64,000 nt of DNA from contig CAWIIV010000024.1 of assembly GCA_963836205.1 (NCBI GenBank), forward strand, positions 64,001-128,000, written 5' to 3'. The notes beneath the pieces are model-generated. The model was not told the origin of the DNA and did not search any database. It worked only from the letters and a program-made list of their open reading frames with translations. The translations under genes and the position numbers were made by a program. Shown in pieces: positions 19,152 to 28,597 of the stretch (within the stretch, counting starts at the first letter, position 1; each line of letters starts with the position of its first letter). Source of the DNA: an uncultured Acidimicrobiia bacterium (GTDB lineage Bacteria; Actinomycetota; Acidimicrobiia; Acidimicrobiales; AC-14).

Positions 19152-19538
19152 TCAGCCGGCGAGCAGGGCCTGGATGCCGCCGTCGAGGTCGGTCGCCCGG
19201 TGGAACCCGAGCTGCTGGAGGCTGAGGGCGGCCAGGCTGGAGGCGTAGCCCTCGTTGCAGACGACGACCACCTCCTGGTCGAGGTCGGTGACCTCGGGGA
19301 TGCGGTGGGGCGACGTCGGGTCGAGACGCCACTCGAGGACGTTGCGGTCGACGACGACGGCGCCCTCGATCTCGCCGTCGCGGGATCGTTGCTCGACCGG
19401 TCGGATGTCGACCAGGAGGGCGCCCCGCCGGCGAAGTGCGGGCACCTCGGCGGCCGTCGGCCGGTGGGGCAGCTGCCGGCGGACTTCGGCCAACAGCTCG
19501 TCGATGCGGGCGGTCACGCCGTCATACCGCGAGATCAC
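19152..19538 (-). CDS. Rhodanese-like sulfurtransferase
   Basis: LVDIRP, RNVLEWRLDP, active-site CNEGYASS, DLDGG. Confidence 0.9.
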   Translation of the reverse strand: MISRYDGVTARIDELLAEVRRQLPHRPTAAEVPALRRRGALLVDIRPVEQRSRDGEIEGAVVVDRNVLEWRLDPTSPHRIPEVTDLDQEVVVVCNEGYASSLAALSLQQLGFHRATDLDGGIQALLAG

Positions 19539-19989
19539 TCCGCTCGGTGCGGACGGGGGTGAGCAGCCGGGGGTCGTAGAAGGTCATCGTCGACAGCGGC
19601 GGTGAGTACACGTGGACGGAGAGGGCGTTCGTCGGACCAGGGTTCCACATGCCGTGGACCCGTGTGGGCCCGACGGTGAGCGTCTCGCGGGCCCGGACCC
19701 GGTTGGTCCGCAGGGGGAGCGGGCGTAGCCGGTCGGTGTAGCGCTCGAGCAGTTCGCCGTCCACCACCGCCACCGCCCCCGCCGAGCCGCCGTGGTCGTG
19801 GAGGTCGAGGGACCCACCCGGGGCCCAGGCGATCAGCCAGGCCTCGTAGGCGTCGGTCGTCAGCAGCCGGAGGTAGGCCCGGTCGTCGTCGAGGTCGAGG
19901 TCGGCCGGTGTCACCACCGCGGCCAGGCCGGTGGCGATGGACGTGAGCATGGCGGACGGGACGCGCACCGGCAGGGCGGTGAGGGACAA
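19522..19989 (-). CDS. Cysteine dioxygenase-family cupin
   Basis: WLIAW.PG..DLHDHGGS, VHGM and SVHVYSPPL motifs; TTG start at 19989 with SD GGAGGT. Confidence 0.88.
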   Translation of the reverse strand: MSLTALPVRVPSAMLTSIATGLAAVVTPADLDLDDDRAYLRLLTTDAYEAWLIAWAPGGSLDLHDHGGSAGAVAVVDGELLERYTDRLRPLPLRTNRVRARETLTVGPTRVHGMWNPGPTNALSVHVYSPPLSTMTFYDPRLLTPVRTERSDLAV

Positions 19990-20033
19990 CGGACGACCTC
20001 CAGGGACGAGCGGGGGATGGGCGGGAGGTCCGG

Positions 20034-20108
20034 TCAGCGACAGCACTCGTCGAACGTCAGCCGGGGCGCCTCGCCCCAGGTGTCGTTCGACGTGGCCGGT
20101 GACCGCAT
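20034..20108 (-). promoter_or_regulatory. Putative leaderless Cys-Cys leader peptide (24 aa) / cysteine attenuator
   Basis: MRSPATSNDTWGEAPRLTFDECCR*. A -10-like TAGTCT lies 7 nt before the ATG. GACCTCC, 3 nt after the stop, is complementary to the downstream SD region GGAGGTC. Confidence 0.65.
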
Positions 20109-20111
20109 GTC

Positions 20112-20153
20112 CGACAGACTATGTCGATAAAGCCGACCAAACAAGTCGTATTT
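20112..20153. promoter_or_regulatory. Tandem CGAC-N7-GTCG palindromic operators
   Basis: Copies at 20112-20126 and 20134-20148, 22 bp apart; the first overlaps the putative -10. Confidence 0.5.
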
Positions 20154-20196
20154 GCCGGGCCTGTCGGTGGCGGGGCGCGCGGGACAGGATGGCGGG

Positions 20197-21375
20197 ATGC
20201 AATTGCACGTGCGCATGTCGTCCCGGGACCCCCTCGAGGAACACCGGGCGGCGACCCCGCTGGAGCTGTTCTTCGACCTCACCTTCGTGGTGGCCGTCGC
20301 CCAGGCCGCGGCCAGCCTCCACCACGGCCTGGTCGACGGCCACGCCGGCGACGCCCTGGTCGGATTCCCCCTGGTGTTCTTCGCCATCTGGTGGGCGTGG
20401 ATGAACCTCACCTGGTTCGCGTCCGCCTACGACACCGACGACGCCACCTACCGGTTGGCGGTGCTGGTGATGATGACGGGGGTGCTCATCCTGGCCGCCG
20501 GCGTCCCCCGGGCGTTCGACGGCGGCCACTTCGAGGTCATCGTGGCCGGCTACGTGGTGATGCGGGCGGCGATGGTGGGGCTGTGGCTGCGGGCCGCCGC
20601 CTCCCACCCGGAGGGACGGGCGTGCGCCCTCAGATACGCGGCAGGCATCGCCGTCCTCCAGGTCGCGTGGTTGGCCCGCCTGGCGCTGCCCGACGGGTTC
20701 GCCGTCCCGTCCTTCCTCGTGCTGGTGGCGGCCGAGCTGGCCGTGCCGATGTGGGCCGAGACGGTCGGGCGGACGTCGTGGCACCCCCGCCACATCGCCG
20801 AGCGCTACCAGCTGTTCACGATCATCGTGCTGGGGGAGACGCTGCTGGCGGCCACCGTCGGGGTGCAGGCCGCCCTCGACGACGAGGCCGTCTTCGGCGA
20901 CCTGGCCGCGGTCGTCGTCGGTGGGCTGCTCGTGGTCTTCTCCATGTGGTGGATCTACTTCGACCTGCCCGCCGAGCACGTGGTGGAGCGGGCCCGCTCC
21001 GCCTTCGCCGAGAAGCTCGGTGGCCCCTTCCTGTGGGGGTACGGGCACTACGTGGTGTTCGCGGCGGCGGCTGCCGCAGGGGCGGGCCTGGCGGTGGCGG
21101 TCGACCAGGCCACCCACCACTCCGAGCTCACCGACCTGGAGGCGGGATTCGCGGCCACCGTGCCGGTGGCGGTCTACGTGACGATGGTGTGGGCCCTCCA
21201 CTACCGGGACAAGCAGCCCGGCTGGCACCGCACCTTCGCCGTCCCCGTGGCCGCCGTCCTCATCGTGGCCTCCGCCGCGTCGCCGGAGCCGGTGCTGGTC
21301 ACGGGCCTCTTGTTGGCGGGCCTGGTCGCGGTCAGCGTGGGTGTCAACCGCGCGCCCGAGCGGGCGGTGGAGTAG
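20197..21375 (+). CDS. ltrA: Low temperature requirement protein A family membrane protein
   Basis: ATPLELFFDLTFVVA, WWAW, HIAERYQLFTIIVLGE and WWIYF motifs. Confidence 0.92.
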   Translation: MQLHVRMSSRDPLEEHRAATPLELFFDLTFVVAVAQAAASLHHGLVDGHAGDALVGFPLVFFAIWWAWMNLTWFASAYDTDDATYRLAVLVMMTGVLILAAGVPRAFDGGHFEVIVAGYVVMRAAMVGLWLRAAASHPEGRACALRYAAGIAVLQVAWLARLALPDGFAVPSFLVLVAAELAVPMWAETVGRTSWHPRHIAERYQLFTIIVLGETLLAATVGVQAALDDEAVFGDLAAVVVGGLLVVFSMWWIYFDLPAEHVVERARSAFAEKLGGPFLWGYGHYVVFAAAAAAGAGLAVAVDQATHHSELTDLEAGFAATVPVAVYVTMVWALHYRDKQPGWHRTFAVPVAAVLIVASAASPEPVLVTGLLLAGLVAVSVGVNRAPERAVE

Positions 21376-21403
21376 GGGTCGGGGACGCGCCCCGGTCGCG
21401 GCG

Positions 21404-22225
21404 TCAGGCCGCCGGCTTCGTCCCGACCACCATGCGGACCCGCTGCATCATCGGGATCCCCTCCGGCGTCCGGCGGGTGGCCAGCTCGGCGAAGGCGGCG
21501 GCCTTGAGTCCTTCGAGCTCGTCGGGAGCCAGGATCTCGTAGAGGGCGCGCACCCCGTTGCCCCAGCCCCAGTCCCACCACCCCTGCTCGTCAGGGAAGT
21601 GGAACTCGACCTCCACCTCCTGGTCGTTCGCGATCTCGAAGCCGGCACCCGACACTGTGGCCCGGAGGTCGAAGTCGGGGCGGAACGGCACGGTCATGGG
21701 CCGCACCGCCCGGGACCCGAACGCCTCGAACAGCGAGCCCATGAACTCCCACCCGCGAGCTCCGGCCGGGACGGACGTCACGCACCGGCCGCCTGGGACC
21801 AGGACCCGGAAGAACTCGGCCGCGGCCGCGGGCGGGTCGGGGAGCAGGTGGAGCACCATCTGCGACAGGACGACGTCGAAGGTGGCGCCCTCCATGTCGA
21901 GGGCCTGGGCGTTGCCCAGCCGGACCGTGGCGTTGTCGACGCCGGCGGCCTCCAGGTCGGCGGCGAGCAGGGCCACCATCTCCTCGGACAGGTCGATGCC
22001 CACCACCCGGCCCGTGGGTCCCACCGCCACCGACGCCGGCAGGAGGGTGGCTCCCCGCCCGCAGCCCACGTCGAGCACCCGCTCGCCGAGGGCCGGGGCT
22101 GCCGTGGCCACCAGGCGGGCGCCGAAGGTGGTGAAGAAGGGGATGACGGTGTCGTAGGTGGCGGCCGCCCGCCCGAAGACGGCGGCCACCTCCCCGGTGT
22201 CGAACTCCTCGGCCTCCGCGTCCAT
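21404..22225 (-). CDS. Class I SAM-dependent methyltransferase
   Basis: VLDVGCGRG, GIDLS, FDVV and RVLVPGG motifs. Confidence 0.9.
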   Translation of the reverse strand: MDAEAEEFDTGEVAAVFGRAAATYDTVIPFFTTFGARLVATAAPALGERVLDVGCGRGATLLPASVAVGPTGRVVGIDLSEEMVALLAADLEAAGVDNATVRLGNAQALDMEGATFDVVLSQMVLHLLPDPPAAAAEFFRVLVPGGRCVTSVPAGARGWEFMGSLFEAFGSRAVRPMTVPFRPDFDLRATVSGAGFEIANDQEVEVEFHFPDEQGWWDWGWGNGVRALYEILAPDELEGLKAAAFAELATRRTPEGIPMMQRVRMVVGTKPAA

Positions 22226-22268
22226 CGGACCAGTGAAGCCGATGGCGACGCCGGACCGCCCGCCCCCG

Positions 22269-22323
22269 GCCGAACCGGTGACGTTTTCGGTGACCCAGAC
22301 ACCCATTTTTGTCACCAGTTGGC
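22269..22323. repeat. REP-like intergenic hairpin (same family as 34575-34697)
   Basis: Arms AACCGGTGAC...GTCACCAGTT with inner stem GGTG-N7-CACC. Confidence 0.65.
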
Positions 22324-22338
22324 CTGGTCGCGGGCGCG

Positions 22339-23484
22339 TCAGGTCTCCGCGGGCAGGGTGAAGGTGACCGATGCGCCGTGGCCGGGCTCGCTCGACGCGT
22401 GGATGGCGCCGCCGTGGGCGACGACGAGGTCGCGGGCGATGGACAGGCCCAGGCCGCTTCCACTGGAGTCGGACGAACGGGTGAAGCGCTCGAAGATCGT
22501 CGCCACCTGGTCGGGCGCGAAGCCAGGTCCCGAGTCGGTCACCGTGAAGCAGACCGACGCATTGTCCCTGGTCACGGCCACGCCCACCGTCCCTTCCTCC
22601 GGGGTGTGGCGCACCGCGTTCGACAGGAGGTTGGCCAGGACCTGGCGGATGCGGGTGGGGTCGACGTCGATCTCGGGCAGGCCATCGGCCACGGTCGACT
22701 CCAGTCGCACGCCCTGGCGGGTGGCGAGGGCGGCGTGGCCCTCGACCGCGTCGGCCACCAGCGCCGCCGGATGGGTGAGCTCGCGATGCAGCGCCAGCCG
22801 GCCGGCGTCGGCCAGGGCGAGGGTGTGGAGGTCGTCGACCAGCCGGCCCAACACCTGCGTCTCCTCCAGCAGCGAGGCCAGGTGGCGGTCGTCGCGGGGG
22901 TGGATGCCGTCGACCTGGGCCTCGATGCCGCTCTGGAGGACGGCCAGGGGCGTGCGCAGCTCGTGGGTGACGTCGGCCAGGAACCGCCGTCGCTGCTCCT
23001 CGGTCGCAGCCAAACGGCCGGCGACGTCGTTGATCGTCTCCGCCAGCGACCGCAGCTCCCGGGGCCCGGCGGGCGTCACCCGCACGTCGTAGTCGCCCCG
23101 GCCCAGGCGCTCGGCCGCACCCAGCAGGTCGGCCACCGGACCGCCCAGCCGGTGGTACGCCCGCCGGGTGGCGATCCCGCCGACGAGGAGGACGAAGGCG
23201 ATCATCCCGAGCGGCCACCACGGTCCGCCGCTGCGACCCGACCCCGGACCTGTCCCCGGCCCCGGCCCCGGCCCGGGACGGCCCCCGCCGGCCCAGTGCC
23301 ACCCGTCCACCGCCGTCCCGACCGCGAACCCGAGACCCACCAGCACCGCCACCACCACGAGGGCCACCACCAGGAAACGGCGGCGGAACTGGGGAGGCCC
23401 CCCGTGCCCAGCCCACGGCGGCCCGCCCGCGGGTGGCCACGACTCCCCCTCCGGCCACCACGGGGGACGGCCGCGGCCTCGCAT
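22339..23484 (-). CDS. HAMP sensor histidine kinase (BaeS-like)
   Basis: Two TM helices, HAMP, H-box DVTHELRTPL, N/G boxes. Confidence 0.95.
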   Translation of the reverse strand: MRGRGRPPWWPEGESWPPAGGPPWAGHGGPPQFRRRFLVVALVVVAVLVGLGFAVGTAVDGWHWAGGGRPGPGPGPGTGPGSGRSGGPWWPLGMIAFVLLVGGIATRRAYHRLGGPVADLLGAAERLGRGDYDVRVTPAGPRELRSLAETINDVAGRLAATEEQRRRFLADVTHELRTPLAVLQSGIEAQVDGIHPRDDRHLASLLEETQVLGRLVDDLHTLALADAGRLALHRELTHPAALVADAVEGHAALATRQGVRLESTVADGLPEIDVDPTRIRQVLANLLSNAVRHTPEEGTVGVAVTRDNASVCFTVTDSGPGFAPDQVATIFERFTRSSDSSGSGLGLSIARDLVVAHGGAIHASSEPGHGASVTFTLPAET

Positions 23485-24182
23485 CAGGCCTCGGCGAACC
23501 GGTAGCCGACGCCGTGGACGGTGAGCAGGTACCGGGGCCGGTGGGGATCGGGTTCGAGCTTGCGCCGGATGTTCTTGACGTGGGCGTCGATGGCCCGCTC
23601 GTAGGACTCCACCGCCAGCCCGTGGATCACGTCGAGCAGCTGGGAGCGGGTGAAGACCCGTCCCGGCTGGCGGGCCAGGTGCTCGACCAGCTCGAACTCG
23701 GTGGCGGTGAGCGCGACCACCCGCCCGGCCACCGTCACCCGCCGTCGCTCGGGGTCGACGGCCACGTCGCCCACCGCGAACGGGCCCACCCCGGCGCCAT
23801 CCGCCCCGGTGGCCGCCCGCTCGGTGCGGCGCAGCACGGCCCGCACCCGCGCCACCAGCTCCCGGGGGCTGAACGGCTTCACCAGATAGTCGTCGGCCCC
23901 CAGCTCCAGGCCGAGCACCCGGTCGACCTCGTCGCTGCGGGCGGTGAGCATGATGATGGGGACGGGCCCCCGCCGCTGGAGCTCCCGGGCCACGTCGAGC
24001 CCGTCGATGCCGGGCAGGCCCAGGTCGAGGACGACCAGGTCGGGCGGGACGGCCCTGGCCTGGGCCAGGGCCGTCGTCCCGTCACTGGCGGTGGTGACCG
24101 TGAACCCGGCGTCGGCCAGGTAGTCCCGCACCACCTGGAGGATCTTGGGCTCGTCGTCGACGACGAGCACGGTCCTGGTCAC
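23484..24182 (-). CDS. OmpR-family response regulator
   Basis: VLVVDDE, LDLGLP, KPFS motifs and winged-helix C-terminus. Confidence 0.96.
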   Translation of the reverse strand: MTRTVLVVDDEPKILQVVRDYLADAGFTVTTASDGTTALAQARAVPPDLVVLDLGLPGIDGLDVARELQRRGPVPIIMLTARSDEVDRVLGLELGADDYLVKPFSPRELVARVRAVLRRTERAATGADGAGVGPFAVGDVAVDPERRRVTVAGRVVALTATEFELVEHLARQPGRVFTRSQLLDVIHGLAVESYERAIDAHVKNIRRKLEPDPHRPRYLLTVHGVGYRFAEA

Positions 24183-24191
24183 CCCACCATC

Positions 24192-24587
24192 TCAGCTTGT
24201 CGGCGGCGCCGGCGCGGCCGGCGCGGCCGGCGCCTGTTCGTGGGCCCGCCGGTGCCAGTCCTCCATCCTCGACTCGGGACCGTCGCCGGGCCCGGGCCCG
24301 CACCACCCGCCCCCGCCGTACCCGCGCCGGCCGCGGCCGACGAGCAGGACGACCAGGCCGATGCCGAGCAGGGGGAAGAGGAAGAAGCCCGGTCCCGGTC
24401 CGTAGCCCCAGTGGCCGCCCCCCCGATGAGTGTCGTCGATGACCCGCACGACCTCGCCGTCGCCCGCCACCCGGGTGACGACCTCCCGGCGCTCGCCCGC
24501 CCGGAAGGCCCCGAAGGCCACGCTGATCAGCAGTCCGGCGGCCAGCACCCCGGCCAGCACGCCCGTCCACACCTTCCGGTTGTTCAT
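24192..24587 (-). CDS. Small Gly-rich membrane protein, probably regulated by the adjacent two-component system
   Basis: Two hydrophobic segments, SD AAGGAG, 'WHRRAHE' tail; first gene of the operon. Confidence 0.75.
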   Translation of the reverse strand: MNNRKVWTGVLAGVLAAGLLISVAFGAFRAGERREVVTRVAGDGEVVRVIDDTHRGGGHWGYGPGPGFFLFPLLGIGLVVLLVGRGRRGYGGGGWCGPGPGDGPESRMEDWHRRAHEQAPAAPAAPAPPTS

Positions 24588-24880
24588 GTCTCGCTCCTTG
24601 GTCAGGTTCGTGACCTCAGGATCGGCCCCAATTGTGAACGGACGATGGAGACGATGCGGAAGTTAGGGGCGCCGTCACGGCCGTATTCGAGCCGAGCGTG
24701 AGCGGCGGCGATCGCTTCTCAGAAACGGCCGTCGAAGTTGGCGCAACATCGAAACCAACGGCGCAGAAGACAGGTGCCCGGTTGGTCCGCCTTCTGTTGG
24801 GCGTGCCTAGCCTGTGGGAATGACCGACGAACGTCCGCTCCCGATCCGGGCGAGACGGACGACCTGCAGGAAGCCTAGCG

Positions 24881-25500
24881 ATGGCGTCTGAACGCCGGGG
24901 ACGCGCCGCTTCAGGAGGAGGAGCCGACAATGGAATCCGCCTGACCGACAACGACGCGGGCAGCCTGCGCAAATACGGGTCATCGATACTTGTTCAGGCC
25001 GTCGCTGCCCACGACGCTGTCCAGGTCCTGCTAGGTCTAGTTGCGTTATTGGGCTCCGTTCTGACCGGCTGGCGGTTTGGCGTTTCATGGGGAATAGCGG
25101 CGCTGCTCATGAGCCTGCTCGTAGTTTCTACCTTGACCGGGGTTGACTTACAGAGGCGGCTAGACAAGCTAGCGGAACATCATCAACGAATCGACTAATT
25201 GGCCCAACTCATGGCGCAGGCGGAGCTTCGACTAATGATGGCCAACTTTGCAGGACTGACTGTCGCGAACAATATTCAGCACACAGACGCCGAGAGGGTT
25301 GTTCAAGGAAACAAGACGGGGTTTTACAAAATGGAACACTGAGGCTCAAGAGACGATCGCCCGCCTATTCGGGAAGGCGGAGGCTGAGAGATTCGGGAGC
25401 GACATCGGCTACCATCGGATAGGCTACCAGGGCTTAGGTTCGATGAGACCCGGGCTCCCGCGGAGGCCCGAATATTTCGCGACCTCCAGCGGCGCATCTA
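24881..25500 (+). pseudogene. Degraded membrane/hypothetical gene in a lower-GC islet
   Basis: A two-TM ORF stops at TAA 25198, yet the frame stays open for about 45 further codons and then appears to shift into ORF 25299. Boundaries approximate. Confidence 0.35.
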
Positions 25501-25746
25501 TCGACTCTATGACCTACTCGACGGCCAGTAGCGTGGGCATACTTCATGGCCAAATCTTTGATACGGTTTCGGGGCGACCGCTAGCGCGAGTAACGACAGT
25601 GCTTGTTTGGGAAGCGATGGAGAGCCGGCGTTAGCCAGGTATGGTCAAACGATGGCTCTGGTCCAGCACTCCGGGAAGATCGCCGGGAGCCGCTCGACTG
25701 CCGATCATCAGACAAATCTCATGACGCTTCAGCGTGGAGATGTCAG

Positions 25747-26668
25747 TTACCTCAGCGCAGTTCTGCGGGCCACGAGAGCAGACTGGACGGTTGCCTCTGT
25801 TGGGCCGGCGATCCATTCGTGTGCCCAGCAGGCAAGTACTGCATTGATCTTTCCGGGACTCACCTGCCATTTCTTATCCGAGTGCTTCCCCACAAGTGTC
25901 AGCCCCCGCGAGAGCGGAGCAAGGACATACGCCGACGGGTCGCGGAGACAACTTGGGGGCGCATTTATGTATCCGTCTGCGGCCCAGCCGACCGCGCGAT
26001 CGGCAATCACGAAGTACTCGTTCTTCGGAGCATATAGGCAGGACCACTTGAGGCGCGGAAAGAACCGTTCCTGAAAATAGTATGCCTGGACGTGCACACC
26101 TTCAAGGAAGTTCGCCCGGTCGCGCATGTCCGGAAACCATCCCTCGACTTGAGCCCGGACGAAGTCGCTTTCTGCTCGGAAGAGTCTGCTACCAAGAACC
26201 GAGTGGCACATCAAGATGTCGCGGCTATAATACGCTGGCCTTAAGCAATCCTTCTGGCGGTGGCTCGACGACGTCGCTTTCCTGGCCAGACCTCATTTCG
26301 GCCCAGGACTGAGCCAGGGACTGCATCGGGAGGGATCGTGCTGCTGCCCACGCCAGGTAGCGCGTTAGCGGCGGTGGTAAATCGCCGCCGGAACCGGGAG
26401 GCCACCCGGACACCTCTCTCAACGCCCGTGATGCAGGTCCCTCGACCTCATTTGCCAGGTAGGTCTCAAGTGTCGAATCACGATCGGCAAGCCCGCCCGG
26501 CCCAGCGAACAGAAGGTGCGATGTGCCCACATTCTTCGGGGCGCGTCGCTTTACTGGACCGTTGGGAACAAATCCCTGCCATAGCCACGGATCTCTTGAC
26601 TCAACTGAGCTGAGATCTATGAATTGCGAGAGATGAAATTTCGAGACGTAATGGTGTTTGGCACTCAA
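25747..26668 (-). pseudogene. DUF4238-domain protein, frameshifted near 26228
   Basis: N-terminal KHHYVSKFHLSQF motif; second half has FVIADRAV...LAPLSR...INA, typical of DUF4238; the halves lie in different frames. Confidence 0.65.
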
Positions 26669-26819
26669 TATCTGCAAGTGTAGATCGCGGCGCAGCTTCA
26701 CAATGATGAATCAGGACCTCACGTCCTGCCGTCAGAGCGGTGCCGACGAACTCGTTTTCACCGGCCCGGTTCAGAAGCCTGAAAGCAGGGCGTACCCGTG
26801 CACGGCTCCAAATGCCGAT

Positions 26820-28073
26820 TCAAGGCGCCGGCGAGACCTCGGCCAGCCGGCGGGTGAGGTACCGGCGCTCGGCCTCGCTGGTCGTCAGCGCCAGGGCCTC
26901 GCGGTAGGCGGCGGCGGCGTCGGCGAACCGGTCGAGGCGGCGGAGCAGGTCGGCCCGGGTCGCGGGCAGGTGGTGGTAGCCGGCCAGGGCGCCCGACGCG
27001 TCCAGCCGTTCGACCAGGGCCAGGCCGGCGGCGGGACCGTCGGCCATCGCCACCGCCACCGCCCGGTTGAGCTCGACGACGGCCGACGGCAGGAACCTCG
27101 CCAACTGGCGGTAGAGCCCGGCGATCTCGGCCCAGTCGGTGTCGGCCGCCCGGGCGGCGGTGGCGTGGCAGGCGGCGATGGCGGCTTGCACCTGGTACGG
27201 CCCCGGCTCCCCCCGCCGGAGGGCGCCTTCGAGGATGGCGACGCCCTCGTCGATGACAACCCGGTCCCAGCCCGTCCGGTCCTGGTCCTCGAGGGGCACC
27301 ATGTCGCCGGCGGCGTCGACCCGGGTCGGGCGGCGGGCGTCGTGGAGGAGCATGAGGGCGAGCAGGCCCAGCGCCTCGGGCTCGTCGGGCATGAGTTGGG
27401 CCAGGGTGCGAGCCAGGCGGATCGCCTCCGCACACAGCCCGCCCCGCACCAGTTCGGCCCCGGCCGTGGCTGCGTAGCCCTCGTTGAAGAGCAGGTAGAG
27501 CACGGCCAGCACCGACGCCGTCCGCTCCGGCAGGAGGTGGGCGGGCGGCACCCGGTACGGGATGGCGGCGTGGCGGATCTTGCGCTTGGCCCGCACCAGG
27601 CGCTGGGCCATGGTGGCCTCGGGGACGAGGAACGCCCGGGCGATCTCGGCCGTGGTCAGCCCGCCGAGCGTGCGCAGGGTGAGGGCGACCCGGGCGTCGA
27701 GGGCGAGGGCGGGGTGGCAGCAGGTGAAGATCAGCCGCAGCCGGTCGTCGCCGATCCCGCTGTCCCCATGATCTGGCTCGTCGGGGCCACCGTCGTCGGA
27801 CGACGCCGCCATCACTGCCTCCTGGACCTTGGCCGCGCCCACCGCGTCCCGGCGCAGCCGGTCGAAAGCCCGGTTCCTGGCGGTCGTGGTGAGCCAGGCG
27901 CCGGGATTGCGGGGGACGCCGTCGGCCGGCCACCGTTCGAGGGCGCGGGCGAACGCGTCCTGGACGCATTCCTCGGCCAGGTCCCAGTCGCCCGTCGTCC
28001 GGATGAGCGTGGCCAGGACACGACCCCACTCCTCACGGAACGCCCGGGCGACTGCGGACTCGACCTCGTCCAA
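26820..28073 (-). CDS. ECF sigma factor with C-terminal TPR extension (ECF42-type)
   Basis: [19 protein letters not shown] and [13 protein letters not shown] motifs; adjacent DGPF gene. Confidence 0.92.
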   Translation of the reverse strand: MDEVESAVARAFREEWGRVLATLIRTTGDWDLAEECVQDAFARALERWPADGVPRNPGAWLTTTARNRAFDRLRRDAVGAAKVQEAVMAASSDDGGPDEPDHGDSGIGDDRLRLIFTCCHPALALDARVALTLRTLGGLTTAEIARAFLVPEATMAQRLVRAKRKIRHAAIPYRVPPAHLLPERTASVLAVLYLLFNEGYAATAGAELVRGGLCAEAIRLARTLAQLMPDEPEALGLLALMLLHDARRPTRVDAAGDMVPLEDQDRTGWDRVVIDEGVAILEGALRRGEPGPYQVQAAIAACHATAARAADTDWAEIAGLYRQLARFLPSAVVELNRAVAVAMADGPAAGLALVERLDASGALAGYHHLPATRADLLRRLDRFADAAAAYREALALTTSEAERRYLTRRLAEVSPAP

Positions 28074-28421
28074 CTACATCTCCCAGATGGGCCGGACCTC
28101 GACGGTGCCGTTGGCCGCCGCGGGGACCTTCGACGCCACCTCGATGGCCTCGTCGAGGTCGGCGCAGTCGATCACGTAGTAGCCGCCGATCTGCTCCTTG
28201 GTCTCGGCGAAGGGACCGTCGGAGGCGAGGACCTCGCCGTTGCGGACCTGGACGGTGGTGGCGTCGGTGGTCGGCCGCAGGCGGTTGCCGTCCTTGAGGA
28301 CGCCACGGCCCACCATCTCCTCGGCGAACTTCCCGTAGTCGGCCATCATCTCCTGGCCTTCCTCCGGGCTCAGGGCGGCCAGGACGGACTCGTCATTGGC
28401 GATCAGCAGCAGGTAACGCAT
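28074..28421 (-). CDS. YciI/DGPF-family protein
   Basis: SDGPFAETKEQIGGYY; SD GAGGAG. Confidence 0.93.
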   Translation of the reverse strand: MRYLLLIANDESVLAALSPEEGQEMMADYGKFAEEMVGRGVLKDGNRLRPTTDATTVQVRNGEVLASDGPFAETKEQIGGYYVIDCADLDEAIEVASKVPAAANGTVEVRPIWEM

Positions 28422-28597
28422 CAGGTGTCTCCTCCTCGTGGGGTTCTCTGCCCTTACGACGGACGGGTTGGCGCCGAATCGACAGCATGACGCGGAAGGC
28501 GGCCGCCGTCCGGTGCGTCTGAAAGCCGGCCTCGGGCGTTGATCGGACTTGGTGGAAGCGTTACCTTGCTCCACTGGGAAAGGAGGCTGGTGCGCCC

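Noticed and set aside
24752-24804. Possible integron attC site (CCAAC...GTTGGGC)
   Set aside because: Pairing is irregular, L boxes are unclear, and there is no second site or integrase.
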